Source: an uncultured Ignavibacteria bacterium (GTDB taxonomy: Bacteria > Zixibacteria > MSB-5A5 > DSPP01). Taken from it: 64,000 nt of DNA. Position numbers and translations under genes: made by a program. The stretch is taken from positions 4,301 through 68,300 of the forward strand of contig CAZSIT010000012.1 of NCBI GenBank assembly GCA_964607165.1, in the 5' to 3' direction. Below, piece after piece: positions 10,273-19,949 of the stretch. Each line of letters starts with the position of its first letter. Positions within the stretch are counted from its first letter, which is position 1. Under the pieces are notes generated by a model. That model saw only the letters and a program-made list of their open reading frames with translations. It was not told where the DNA came from and ran no database searches.

Positions 10273-10443
10273 ATGAAAATTACTTTGCTGCCCGGGGATG
10301 GCATTGGGCCGGAAGTGGCCGATGCGGCGGTGGCCGTTTTGGAAGCGGCGGGCTTCAAACCGGAGTGAGAAGTGCTAAATGCCGGTAATGTGCGCCAGCG
10401 CCGAATACAAAAACCATTCGGCGCCACCGGGTTAAACTTGTAA
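10273..10443 (+). pseudogene. isocitrate/isopropylmalate dehydrogenase N-terminal remnant
   Basis: MKITLLPGDGIGPEVADAAVAVLEAAGFKPE then TGA at 10366 then EVLNAG; rest of the gene absent. Confidence 0.8.
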
Positions 10444-10459
10444 TGTTGTTGGAGGTTGG

Positions 10460-11626
10460 ATGATTGCGGAGAAGCTGGCACAGGCAGTAGAAATTCTCAA
10501 AGAGAAGAAAATTGATTTGTGGCTTACCTTCGTGCGGGAGACGGAGGTGATTCCGGATCCGGCTTATGATTTAATCGGCAAAGGAATGATTGTGTGGCAG
10601 GCGGCATTTCTGGTTTCCGCCCGCGGAGATAAAATTGCCATAATGGGACAATACGACACGGAAAACTATAAACGTCTTGGAGTATATGACAAAGTCATCG
10701 GTTATCATCAAGATATTGCCCCGGTGCTGGTCGAGGAACTGAAGCGGCTCGACCCGAAAACGATTGCCATCAATTATTCCCCCGACAGCAATCTTTCTGA
10801 CGGGTTGACCTATGGGATGTTTCTTTTACTGGAAAAAGCTTTGCAGGGAACTCCCTATCGTAACCGCTTGATTTCAGCGGAACCGGTAATTTCGGCTTTG
10901 CGCGGAAGAAAACTTCCTGCGGAAGTTGCCAAAATCAAAGAGGCGATAAAAGTTACCGAAAAAATCTGGCAGGAGCTTTTGAGCTGGCTGAAAGCAGGGG
11001 TTAGCGAAAAACAGGTAGACACTTTTGTTACTGAACGTTCCAAGGCCTACGGGTTCGCCAAATCTTTTGCTCCGATTATCACCCACGGGGACAAGTCGCC
11101 AGCGGGGCATGTGGGGCCTTCGGATGCCAAATTGGAGCCGGGGGATATTTTTCATATTGACTTTGGCCACCGGGTGGATGGCTACTGCTCCGACCTCCAG
11201 CGCTTGGCTTACTTTTTACGCCCTGGGGAAAAGGAACCGCCGGATGCCGTGAAAAAAGGGTTTGCAGCAGTAAAGGACACGATTCTTAAGTCCAAAGCGG
11301 CGCTCAAACCGGGAGCCGTCGGATGCGAAATTGACGATTTGGCCCGGAAAGTCATCAAAAGTCACGGCTTTCCAGATTACCAGCATGCCCTCGGTCACCA
11401 ACTGGGGAGGGCGGTGCACGATGGGGGTACGCTTTTAGGTCCCCGGTGGGAGCGGTACGGGCAGACGCCTTTTGGTCGGGTGGAAGAAAACAACGTTTTC
11501 ACGTTGGAACTGGAAGTTCAAATCCCCGGACACGGCTGGGTTTCGCTGGAGGAAGATTTGTTAGTTGGTGAATCCGGCTCGGAGTTTCTGACCACGCCAC
11601 AATTAGACTGGTTCTACCTAAAATGA
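10460..11626 (+). CDS. Xaa-Pro aminopeptidase family (M24) peptidase
   Basis: HIDFG..GYCSDLQR, HALGHQLGRAVHD, FTLE, LEED. Confidence 0.9.
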   Translation: MIAEKLAQAVEILKEKKIDLWLTFVRETEVIPDPAYDLIGKGMIVWQAAFLVSARGDKIAIMGQYDTENYKRLGVYDKVIGYHQDIAPVLVEELKRLDPKTIAINYSPDSNLSDGLTYGMFLLLEKALQGTPYRNRLISAEPVISALRGRKLPAEVAKIKEAIKVTEKIWQELLSWLKAGVSEKQVDTFVTERSKAYGFAKSFAPIITHGDKSPAGHVGPSDAKLEPGDIFHIDFGHRVDGYCSDLQRLAYFLRPGEKEPPDAVKKGFAAVKDTILKSKAALKPGAVGCEIDDLARKVIKSHGFPDYQHALGHQLGRAVHDGGTLLGPRWERYGQTPFGRVEENNVFTLELEVQIPGHGWVSLEEDLLVGESGSEFLTTPQLDWFYLK

Positions 11627-12471
11627 TAAACCGCTTCTGGGCCTTTGCCCGGATGGGACGGGTCTGGAATGGTATTCTGGTCGTCGCTTCGGTTCTAATT
11701 GGCGGCTATTTCACGGGAAGTATTACCCCAGGAGTGTGGTTGGGCTCCCTTTCCGCCTTCTTAATTGCCACCGGCGCCTATGCTTTAAACGATTTTTTTG
11801 ACTGGAAAATAGACAAAATCAACAAACCGACCCGGCCAATCTCTGCGGGAGATGTTCCGGCTCGAACCGCTTTGACCTTTGGGCTTTTGGTTGTTCTGGC
11901 GGGAGTCGTAATCTCGTATTTCATAAATACAAAAAGCTTTTTTGCCGCTTTTATCTCCGGCTTTCTGGCAATTCAGTATGCGATGGTTTTCAAGCGGGTG
12001 ATGATTGTCGGGCATATAGTGACTGCTTTTCTTTCGGCCTTTGGCTTTTTGTTTGGTGCCTGGGCTGCGGAAGGGTCGAGAATGACTTTGGCACTCTACG
12101 CTTTTCTATTCGGTTTTCTTTTTCATCTGGGCCGCGAGTTTTTGAAGGCAGCAGAGGATAGGGAAGCGGATTTGGAGGGGGGAGCGAAGACCTTTGCCGT
12201 TTTGACATCGGCCAAGCATTCCGTAATAGTTGCCGCCATCATTTTGGCCATTCTCGGAATTGTGGCGTGGATGCCGTTTTTTACGGAAAATTTTAATTGG
12301 ATTTATTTGATCATTGTCATCTTTGGGATTGATTTGGTTTTTGTATTTCTACTTGTGAGGGCTCTGCGGAATCCAATTCCATCGGTTCTTTCGAAGGTTA
12401 ATTCTTACCTCAAGTGGGAGATGGTGGTGGGGCTTTTGGCGTTGTGGATGGGGAAATACCTCACCCCCTGA
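11623..12471 (+). CDS. UbiA family prenyltransferase (DGGGP-synthase-like)
   Basis: NDFFDWKIDKINKPTRPISAG and REFLKAAEDREADLEGGAKTFA motifs; multi-TM. Confidence 0.8.
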   Translation: MINRFWAFARMGRVWNGILVVASVLIGGYFTGSITPGVWLGSLSAFLIATGAYALNDFFDWKIDKINKPTRPISAGDVPARTALTFGLLVVLAGVVISYFINTKSFFAAFISGFLAIQYAMVFKRVMIVGHIVTAFLSAFGFLFGAWAAEGSRMTLALYAFLFGFLFHLGREFLKAAEDREADLEGGAKTFAVLTSAKHSVIVAAIILAILGIVAWMPFFTENFNWIYLIIVIFGIDLVFVFLLVRALRNPIPSVLSKVNSYLKWEMVVGLLALWMGKYLTP

Positions 12472-13190
12472 CCCCTGGCCGTGGCACGAGGCCACGCCTC
12501 GGGCAGGCCCCTCTCCATTGAATGGAGAGGGGAAGGGCGAATGCCCCTCGACTACGCTCGGGATAAGCCATTCGCCCCTACGAATTTTGTGTTTGTAGGG
12601 GCAGACCTATGTGTCTGCCTTGATGCGAAAACGGGCGAACACATCGGTTCGCCCCTACATACCCCCTGGCACTTCGTGTCTGTCTCCTAAGAAAACGGGG
12701 CAACCACGGGGAGTTGCCCCTACGTTTTCTCAAAAAATAAGGGTTGGTTTGCCTGCCCGAGCCGAGCTCGGCAGCGTGAACCCGCTCCTACGTTGAACGT
12801 GGGGAAAGGGCGAATGCCCCTCGACTACGCTCGGGACAAGCCCGAGGCGGGAAGGGGGGGGCGATGGGTTCGAATTCGCTCACCACAAGTTCATAAATCG
12901 CCCCTACGGTTTTTATGAGCGGGAAAGGGCACGTGACAACGTGCCCCTACGACAGAGACCGACGTTGAAAAAACGGGTTCAATATATTGAACCCCTATGC
13001 AAAGGCGGGGATTAGTGGCGTTGGCCTGTCCGAGCAAGCTCGGAGAGCGGCCAGGAAAACGCCGCCTACGGGTAAACATTCCAAAGAGAGTTTGATTTTT
13101 GGGAGTTGAGTGTATAAGTTTGTATGTTTTTGATTTTGAGAATGGTTCAAATAGATTGAGCATAGTATGGTTCGACTACGCTCACCATTT
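12472..13190. repeat. cluster of REP-like palindromes of several families
   Basis: Repeated ..gcccctac hairpins; cctcgactacgctcggga at ~12545 and ~12818; GCCTG..CCAGG elements at 12474-12508 and 13024-13055. Confidence 0.8.
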
Positions 13191-13204
13191 GCAAGGAGGA
13201 AATA

Positions 13205-14191
13205 ATGCACGAAGAGATTGAGAAAATTCAGTCTCAAGTAGAGAAGGCGGCCTTCTTCGTCCGGCCACTAATGGACGAAGTGGGCAAAGTAATCGTCGGC
13301 CAGAAATATATGATGGAACGGATGTTGATTGGTCTTTTGACCGGCGGGCATGTCCTTGTTGAAGGGGTGCCGGGGCTGGCCAAAACGCTGGCGGTGCGGA
13401 CCTTGTCGGCGGCCATCGACGCTTCGTTCCAGCGCATCCAGTTCACTCCGGATTTACTGCCGGCGGATTTGATTGGAACGATGATTTACTCGCCGCAGGA
13501 TGGGAAGTTTTCGGTCAAAAAGGGGCCGATTTTCACCAATTTCGTTCTGGCGGATGAAATCAACCGCGCCCCGGCCAAGGTGCAGTCGGCGCTTTTGGAA
13601 GCGATGCAGGAAAAGCAAGTGACCATCGGGGACAAGACTTTTCCGCTCGAAGAGCCGTTTTTGGTGATGGCGACGCAGAATCCCATCGAGCAAGAGGGGA
13701 CTTATCCTCTACCCGAAGCGCAATTAGACCGCTTTATCTTCAAATTGGCCGTCGGCTATCCCAACCGCAAAGAGGAGCTGGAAATTTTGAACCGCGAGAC
13801 GGTAGGCTCAAATCATAAAATCAATGCGGTTATCAAATCGAAAGATATTCTGGCGGCGCGGGAAGTCGTCCATAAAATTTATGTGGATGAAAAGGTCAAA
13901 GAATATATCCTCAACATCGTTTTCGCCACGCGCGAGCCGAAGGCCTACAACATACCGGTGGAAGGCCTGATTGCCTACGGCGCTTCGCCGCGCGCCACCA
14001 TCTTTCTGACGTTGGCGGCGAAAGCGCATGCTTTTCTGGCCGGGCGGGGATACGTTACGCCAGAGGACGTCAAGTCCATCGGCTTAGACGTTTTGCGCCA
14101 TCGGGTTCTGCTCACCTTCGAAGCCGAGGCGGAGGAGATGAGTTCCGATGCCGTGGTGCGCAAGGTGTTCGACCAGATTGAAGTGCCGTGA
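13205..14191 (+). CDS. moxR: MoxR family AAA+ ATPase
   Basis: EGVPGLAKT, RIQFTPDLLPAD, ADEINRAPAKVQSALLEAMQE, ATQNPIEQEGTYPLPEAQLDRF. Confidence 0.95.
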   Translation: MHEEIEKIQSQVEKAAFFVRPLMDEVGKVIVGQKYMMERMLIGLLTGGHVLVEGVPGLAKTLAVRTLSAAIDASFQRIQFTPDLLPADLIGTMIYSPQDGKFSVKKGPIFTNFVLADEINRAPAKVQSALLEAMQEKQVTIGDKTFPLEEPFLVMATQNPIEQEGTYPLPEAQLDRFIFKLAVGYPNRKEELEILNRETVGSNHKINAVIKSKDILAAREVVHKIYVDEKVKEYILNIVFATREPKAYNIPVEGLIAYGASPRATIFLTLAAKAHAFLAGRGYVTPEDVKSIGLDVLRHRVLLTFEAEAEEMSSDAVVRKVFDQIEVP

Positions 14192-15066
14192 TTCCCAAGG
14201 AAATCAAAGACAAAGTCCGCCGGATTGAAATTCACTCCAAGCGGCTGGTCAACGAGGTTTTTTCCGGCGAATATCATTCCACTTTCAAGGGACGGGGGAT
14301 GGAGTTTGAGGAAGTTCGCGAATATCAGCCCGGAGATGAAATCCGCTTAATCGACTGGAACGTCACCGCCCGCACCGGCGTTCCATTCGTCAAAAAGTTC
14401 AAGGAAGAGCGGGAACTCACTTTGATATTTTTGGTGGATGTTTCCGCTTCCGGCAAGTTCGGCACGGCGGGGAAGTGGAAATCGGAAACGGCGGCGGAGG
14501 TGTGCGGAATTCTGGCTTTTGCCGCCGAGCTGAACAACGACAAGACCGGAATGGTGCTTTTTACCGACCGAGTGGAGCGTTTTGTTCCGCCGGCCAAAGG
14601 GAAAAGCCACGTTTTGCGAATCATCCGGGAGCTTTTGTACTTTTCTCCAGAGGGGAAAAAAACTTCCTTGGCGGCGGGGTTGGAATATGTGGCCAAAGTG
14701 CTCAAGCGCCGGGGGATTGTTTTTCTGGTCTCCGATTTTATTGACAGCGGCTGGGAACGAATGCTCTCGGTGGCGGCGCGCAAACATGATTTAATTGCTC
14801 TGGTTCTATCCGACCCAAGGGAAGAGGAGCTGCCGCCGGTCGGTTTGGTGGCTTTGGAAGATGCGGAGACAGGGGAGCGTTTGATTGTCGATGCCGCCAA
14901 CCGCGAGTTCCGGCGGATTTATGCCGGCCGGGCGAGGGCTTTTCGCGAGAATTTGATGCGGACTTTTCGGAGATACGAGATTGATTTTATTCCGATCCGC
15001 AATGGAAGGCCGTATTTGATTCCGTTGATGAAGTTTTTCAAGGAGCGGGAGCGGAGGTTTCGGTAG
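14188..15066 (+). CDS. DUF58 domain protein
   Basis: GRGMEFEEVREYQPGDEIRLIDWNVTAR; follows moxR. Confidence 0.92.
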   Translation: MIPKEIKDKVRRIEIHSKRLVNEVFSGEYHSTFKGRGMEFEEVREYQPGDEIRLIDWNVTARTGVPFVKKFKEERELTLIFLVDVSASGKFGTAGKWKSETAAEVCGILAFAAELNNDKTGMVLFTDRVERFVPPAKGKSHVLRIIRELLYFSPEGKKTSLAAGLEYVAKVLKRRGIVFLVSDFIDSGWERMLSVAARKHDLIALVLSDPREEELPPVGLVALEDAETGERLIVDAANREFRRIYAGRARAFRENLMRTFRRYEIDFIPIRNGRPYLIPLMKFFKERERRFR

Positions 15067-15191
15067 GTGGAAAGTGGAATGGTTTCACCCTCCCCTTTCC
15101 CGTCCCAGATTCTTCGCTTTGCTCAGAATGACGGAGTGTGAGAATTTTGTTTAAAATCAGATGGTTTAAAAAAAAACGAGGGGAAACAAAA

Positions 15192-16118
15192 GTGGAAATT
15201 AAAGACGGCAGTTCTATAAAGCTTTTGATCTTGGTTTTTATCTTTTCGGCGGTTTCGCTGGTTTTGTCTGCGGTCGGGCTTTTTATGCGGGGCGGCGGTT
15301 CCGACCCTGCAAATGTAGAGGCGACCGGTCGGGTGGTGACGGAATTAATTGATAAAAAGCTGTATATGCCGGCGGCGGGCACATACGAAAAAGCTTTGGC
15401 TTTGGGGCGGCTTTCCGCAAAGGACGAGGCCCGCCTGCATTATCTGGCGGGGGATTTGTATCTGACTTACATCGGCGATTAAGACGCGGCTTTGGCTCAC
15501 CTTTTGGCCTCGCGAGCTTTGGAAGCGCATCCGGATTACGAAAAACTGCGGGGGGAGAAAATCGTTTTTGCCCTGGAGAGAAGCGGGAGAAGCGAAGCGG
15601 CGAAAAAGGAAGGGGGGGAAGCTGTAGCCGGCAAGCCAGCGCCGGATAGCGGGGTAGTTGTGGCGGTTGTGGGGGATAAAAAGATTACTCTTTCGGAGCT
15701 CAAGAAAGAGTTTGCCAACTCACCGCCGGAGGTGCAGGCCAGCTATACCGGGCCGGAGGGGATAAAAAGGTTTTTGGAACAATACGTCGGCGTGGAGCTG
15801 CTTTACCAGTCGGCTCTGCGGCGCGGCTTCGACCAGGAGCCGAACTTTCCGGAAGTGCTGCAGCGGGCCAGAAAAGAGGTTCTGGTTCAGCGGGTTTTGG
15901 ACGAGGACATCGGGCGAAACATCGCCATCACCACGGCCGAGGTTAACCGTTTTTACAACGAGAATAAAATGATGTTTGGCGGCAGGCTTTTCGAGCAGGT
16001 GGCCCAGCAGGCGGCCTTTCTTTTGCGACAGAAAAAAGAGCAGGAAGGGTATAAACAATTGGTGGCGAATTTGGGCATAACTGAAAAAGTGCAAATTTTG
16101 GACGACCGGCTGAAATGA
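15192..16118 (+). pseudogene. TPR + SurA/PPIase N-terminal-like membrane protein split by one in-frame TAA (15480-15482)
   Basis: ORFs 15138-15482 and 15492-16118 share a frame: YIGD*DAALAHLL; VVAVVGDKKITLSEL and LLYQSALRRGFD resemble SurA-N. Confidence 0.7.
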
Positions 16119-17068
16119 AGGGAAGTTTTTTTCTTTTTATCACCTTGCTTATAGCATCGGCGTGGGGGCAAGGTCCTGCGCCGCCGGTTCAAATCAAGGG
16201 CATCCTTTCCAAGGATAAAATTAATGTGGGGGATGTTGTTACCTTGACTCTGGAAGTAAGAAGCGGCCCAGGAATAAAGATTGATTCTTTTCCAAAATTT
16301 GAACTGCCCGGCTTGGAAGTAAAAAAAGACAGTGTTCTGCCCATGCGTAAGGAAAAGGGGAAAGAGGTGCGCCGGGAGATAGTTGGACTTACCGGCTTTT
16401 CGGTCGGTTCGTTCACTATTCCTCCGGTGACGGTGTCTTACCGGAACGCCAGAGGAGACAGCGGCGGGCAGGTTTCTTCAACTCCCCTGACTTTGACGGT
16501 GGAATCGCTTTTGGAACCGGATTCCACGCGTTACAAACTGAAGGCGGAAAAGCCGCCTTTGGAAATTGGGAATAACTGGTGGCCTTGGATTTTGCTGGGG
16601 ATTCTGGTGCTTTTAGCTTTGGCGCTTTTCCTTTATTTCCGCAAAAAGAGGAAACAGGGGGCTTCGGCGCCGTTGGAGAAAATAGATTTGCGTCCGCCAT
16701 GGGAAATTGCCCTATCCGAGCTGGAAGCGCTTTTGGCCTCTTCGCTTTTGACGGAAGGAAAATTAAAGGAGTTTCATATCCGGCTTTCGGAGATTTTCCG
16801 GATTTATGCCCATCGAATCTACGGCATTCCGGCGGAAGACATGACCACGCAGGAGCAGCTGGAGTTGTTAAAAGAATTCTTGAAAGGTGAGAATTGGCCG
16901 TTAGCCAAAAGGTTTCTTTACTTTTGCGATTTGGTGAAATTTGCCCGCTGGGGGCCGGAGCGAAGAGAAATTATGGAAAACGTCCTACGTTTGAAAGTTT
17001 TGATTGAAGTCGGCAGGGCGAAACCGTCCCCATCACCCGAACCGGCGGCGGAAGCGGTGGGAGCCTGA
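16115..17068 (+). CDS. bat-locus membrane protein (BatD-like N-terminal domain, DUF4381-like)
   Basis: Signal peptide, KDKINVGDVVTLTL, TM helix, PPWEIALSEL, DLVKFA. Confidence 0.75.
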   Translation: MKGSFFLFITLLIASAWGQGPAPPVQIKGILSKDKINVGDVVTLTLEVRSGPGIKIDSFPKFELPGLEVKKDSVLPMRKEKGKEVRREIVGLTGFSVGSFTIPPVTVSYRNARGDSGGQVSSTPLTLTVESLLEPDSTRYKLKAEKPPLEIGNNWWPWILLGILVLLALALFLYFRKKRKQGASAPLEKIDLRPPWEIALSELEALLASSLLTEGKLKEFHIRLSEIFRIYAHRIYGIPAEDMTTQEQLELLKEFLKGENWPLAKRFLYFCDLVKFARWGPERREIMENVLRLKVLIEVGRAKPSPSPEPAAEAVGA

Positions 17069-18057
17069 TGTTTCAATTTCTCCATCCGGAATATTTTGGG
17101 CTGTTTTTGCTTATTCCTTTGCTCTGGCTGGCGCGCCTATGGTATCGGAAGAGACCGCCAACCATACGTTTTTCGGACGTAAACCGTGCCGCCGGAACCA
17201 GGAAAAGCTGGCGGCAAAGATTTTCCTTCCTGCCCGCTTTTTTGCGCCTGGTCGTTCTTTCCTTTTTGATTTTGGGGATGGCGCGCCCGCAAAAAGGGAC
17301 GCGCAATACCGAAAGCTCAACTTTCGGCGTCGATATTATGATTGTTATGGATATTTCGGGCAGTATGAAGGCGGAGGATTTTCATCCCCAGAACCGGCTT
17401 TTCGTGGCCAAGGACGTAACCAAGCGTTTCATTATGGGCCGCAGCAGCGACCGGATTGGCCTGGTCATTTTTTCCAAGGAAAGTTTTACCCAGTGTCCTT
17501 TGACGGTTGATTACGGGGTATTAATCAACTTAGTAGATGAAGTTCGCTTTGGAATGATTGAAGACGGAACGGCGATTGGGATGGGGCTGATAAACGGCAT
17601 CAACCGCCTGAAGGATTCGCCGGCGAAAAACAAAATTGTCATTTTGCTCACCGACGGAGCCAACAACGCCGGGGCGATTGACCCCTTGACGGCGGCGGGC
17701 ATTGCGCAGGCTTTGGGCATTAAAGTTTACACCATCGGCATCGGCCGTTCCGGCCTGGTGCCGATTCCGGTGGATGACCCGGTTTTTGGCCGGCGGTATG
17801 CTCAAATCCAGTCCGATATTGACGAGCCGACTTTGCAAAAAATGGCGCAACTGACCGGCGGACGGTTTTTCCGAGCCAAAGACCCGCAGGGATTGCAGCA
17901 GATTTTCAAGGAGATTGACAGTTTGGAAAAAACCAAGATCAAGGTAAAAGAGTTCTGGGAGTTTGACGAAAAATTTCGCCCCTGGGTTATTGGCGCTTTG
18001 GCGGTTTTGATTTTTGAGCTGTTTTTATCCGGCACGCTTTTCCGGAGGCTGCCCTGA
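17068..18057 (+). CDS. batA: BatA VWA-domain protein
   Basis: FLHPEYF, MARPQ, MIDAS DISGSM, GTAIGMGL, LLTDG. Confidence 0.9.
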   Translation: MFQFLHPEYFGLFLLIPLLWLARLWYRKRPPTIRFSDVNRAAGTRKSWRQRFSFLPAFLRLVVLSFLILGMARPQKGTRNTESSTFGVDIMIVMDISGSMKAEDFHPQNRLFVAKDVTKRFIMGRSSDRIGLVIFSKESFTQCPLTVDYGVLINLVDEVRFGMIEDGTAIGMGLINGINRLKDSPAKNKIVILLTDGANNAGAIDPLTAAGIAQALGIKVYTIGIGRSGLVPIPVDDPVFGRRYAQIQSDIDEPTLQKMAQLTGGRFFRAKDPQGLQQIFKEIDSLEKTKIKVKEFWEFDEKFRPWVIGALAVLIFELFLSGTLFRRLP

Positions 18058-19109
18058 TGCGCTTTGCCGAGCCGTTTTTCTTCTGGGGCCTTTTGGTTAT
18101 ACCTCTGTTTCTCCTTTTTGCCCTATGGCGGGAGAGGCGAAGAAGGAAAGCTCTGGGACAACTGGGAGATTTGGGCCTGATTCTGCGGCTGGCGGAAAGT
18201 TTTTCGCAAAAGCTGCGCCGGTGGAAGTATGTGTTTCTATCGTCAGCCGTTCTTTTTATGGTTTTGGCAATGGCCCGTCCCCAATGGGGGAAGAAAATGG
18301 AGCTCGTCCGGCGGGAGGGATTGGATATAATAGTAGCTATGGATGTTTCGGCCTCGATGCTGGCGGCGGATATGCCGCCTTCGCGTCTTTCCAAAGCAAA
18401 ATCGGAAACGGCGGGGTTGATTGACTTATTGAAAGGGGACCGCATTGGGCTGGTGGTTTTTTCCGGCGACGCCTACGTGCAGTGCCCTTTAACCCTCGAT
18501 TATTCGGCGGCAAAGATGTTCCTATCGGATATCGATTACGGCTCGGTTTCCAAGCCGGGCTCGGCCGTGGGGGAAGGTATCCGGAAAGCGGTGGTAGCCT
18601 TCGTTCAGAAAGAACGAAAGTACAAGGTCTTGCTTTTAATTACCGACGGGGAAGATACGGAAGAGTCCGACCTTCTGGCGGCGGCGGAAGAGGCGCATAG
18701 CGCCGGAGTTATAATCTATACCATCGGCGTCGGCACGCCGGCCGGGGAGCCGATTCCGGTGCGCAACGCCGCCGGCCAGGTGAGCGGGTATAAAAAGGAT
18801 GACGCCGGGCAGGTGGTAATGAGCCGGCTGGACGAGGCTACGCTCCAGCAGGTGGCGCTTAGAACCGGCGGGAAATATTACCGGGCCACGGCGGGAGAAT
18901 TGGAATTGGACAAGATTTTTGACGATATATCTAAGATGGAGCGCAAGGAACTGACCGGCAAGTTTATGGCCCGCTGGGAGGAACGTTTTGGTGTATTTTT
19001 GGCCATTGCAATAGCCTTTTTGAGTGTAGAATTTCTTTTGAATGAGCGGAAGAGGACTCCAGTTATGGCTGGTTCGGTGCAGGCTGGGGCTCCGGTGAGA
19101 GAAATATGA
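18057..19109 (+). CDS. batB: BatB VWA-domain protein
   Basis: MARPQWG, DVSASMLAADMPPSRL, ITDGED, GVGTPAGEPIP. Confidence 0.88.
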   Translation: MRFAEPFFFWGLLVIPLFLLFALWRERRRRKALGQLGDLGLILRLAESFSQKLRRWKYVFLSSAVLFMVLAMARPQWGKKMELVRREGLDIIVAMDVSASMLAADMPPSRLSKAKSETAGLIDLLKGDRIGLVVFSGDAYVQCPLTLDYSAAKMFLSDIDYGSVSKPGSAVGEGIRKAVVAFVQKERKYKVLLLITDGEDTEESDLLAAAEEAHSAGVIIYTIGVGTPAGEPIPVRNAAGQVSGYKKDDAGQVVMSRLDEATLQQVALRTGGKYYRATAGELELDKIFDDISKMERKELTGKFMARWEERFGVFLAIAIAFLSVEFLLNERKRTPVMAGSVQAGAPVREI

Positions 19110-19948
19110 AAGAATACGAGATTCAGAATATACAGGGTAACCCCGCGGCTTGGGCCGCGGGTGAAATCTCCCCGACATCCCTCGACTCTCTTCGGGATAA
19201 AGAAGCCGGGGAGCTACACAGATCATTTTTCGGAAAAGTACTAACGAAACTCATTTTGCTCGTGCTCTTTGCTTGCTCCGGGGCTTACGCTGATTCGTTT
19301 AGAAAGGAAATTTCCACCGGCAACCAGGCCTACAAACAGAAGGATTTTAGCCGGGCTGCGACCCACTACCGCTCGGCGGAAATCGACCAACCCGGCTCGC
19401 CTTTGGCGGCGTACAACTTGGGGACAGCTCTGGTAGCCGGACAGAGCTATGAAGAGGCTATCCAAAAGTTGAGCGAAGCGGCTTCCAAAGCCAAAGGATT
19501 AGATTTGCAAAAAACCTACTACAACATCGGCAACGGTTTGTTTGGGGCGCAGAAATATCAGGAAGCGGCCGGGGCTTATAAAAAAGCGCTGGAGCTTTTT
19601 CCTTCCGACAAAGATGCCAAGTACAACTTCGAGCTGGCGCTTAAGAAGCTGCAACAACAAAAACAGGAGCAAAAGAACCAGAAACAGAACCAAAAGAATC
19701 AAAAGCAGAATCAACAGCAGGGCTCTTCCGATTCGACCCAGCAAAATCAAGAGCAGCAGCAACAAAATCAGCAAGCGCAATCGCAAAATAAAAAAGGTCA
19801 GAAGAAACAACAACCGGCGCGGCCCAAACAGCAGATGACCAAAGAAGAAGCGGAACGGATTTTGGCGGCGTTAAAAGACGAGCAAGCAAAGGCAAACAAA
19901 CAGAAAAAGGTGCAAGGCATTCCGATAGTGGGAGGCAAGGATTGGTAG
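19106..19948 (+). CDS. batC: BatC TPR protein with Q/N-rich linker
   Basis: TPRs (YNLG, YYNIGN, DAKYNFELA), Q-rich tract, ends KDW. Confidence 0.85.
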   Translation: MKEYEIQNIQGNPAAWAAGEISPTSLDSLRDKEAGELHRSFFGKVLTKLILLVLFACSGAYADSFRKEISTGNQAYKQKDFSRAATHYRSAEIDQPGSPLAAYNLGTALVAGQSYEEAIQKLSEAASKAKGLDLQKTYYNIGNGLFGAQKYQEAAGAYKKALELFPSDKDAKYNFELALKKLQQQKQEQKNQKQNQKNQKQNQQQGSSDSTQQNQEQQQQNQQAQSQNKKGQKKQQPARPKQQMTKEEAERILAALKDEQAKANKQKKVQGIPIVGGKDW

Positions 19949-19949
19949 T

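Noticed and set aside
10366-10368. TGA recoding (Trp/Gly/Sec) suggested by in-frame TGAs at 10366 and 56374
   Set aside because: Many intact genes end in TGA with ATGA overlaps and use TGG for Trp; both cases lie in fragments
12472-13190. Possible CRISPR array or integron attC array
   Set aside because: Units are degenerate palindromes of mixed families with irregular spacing; no cas or integrase gene; they fit REP clusters
19640-19830. CAA/CAG-rich low-complexity tract
   Set aside because: Ordinary Q/N-rich linker of BatC
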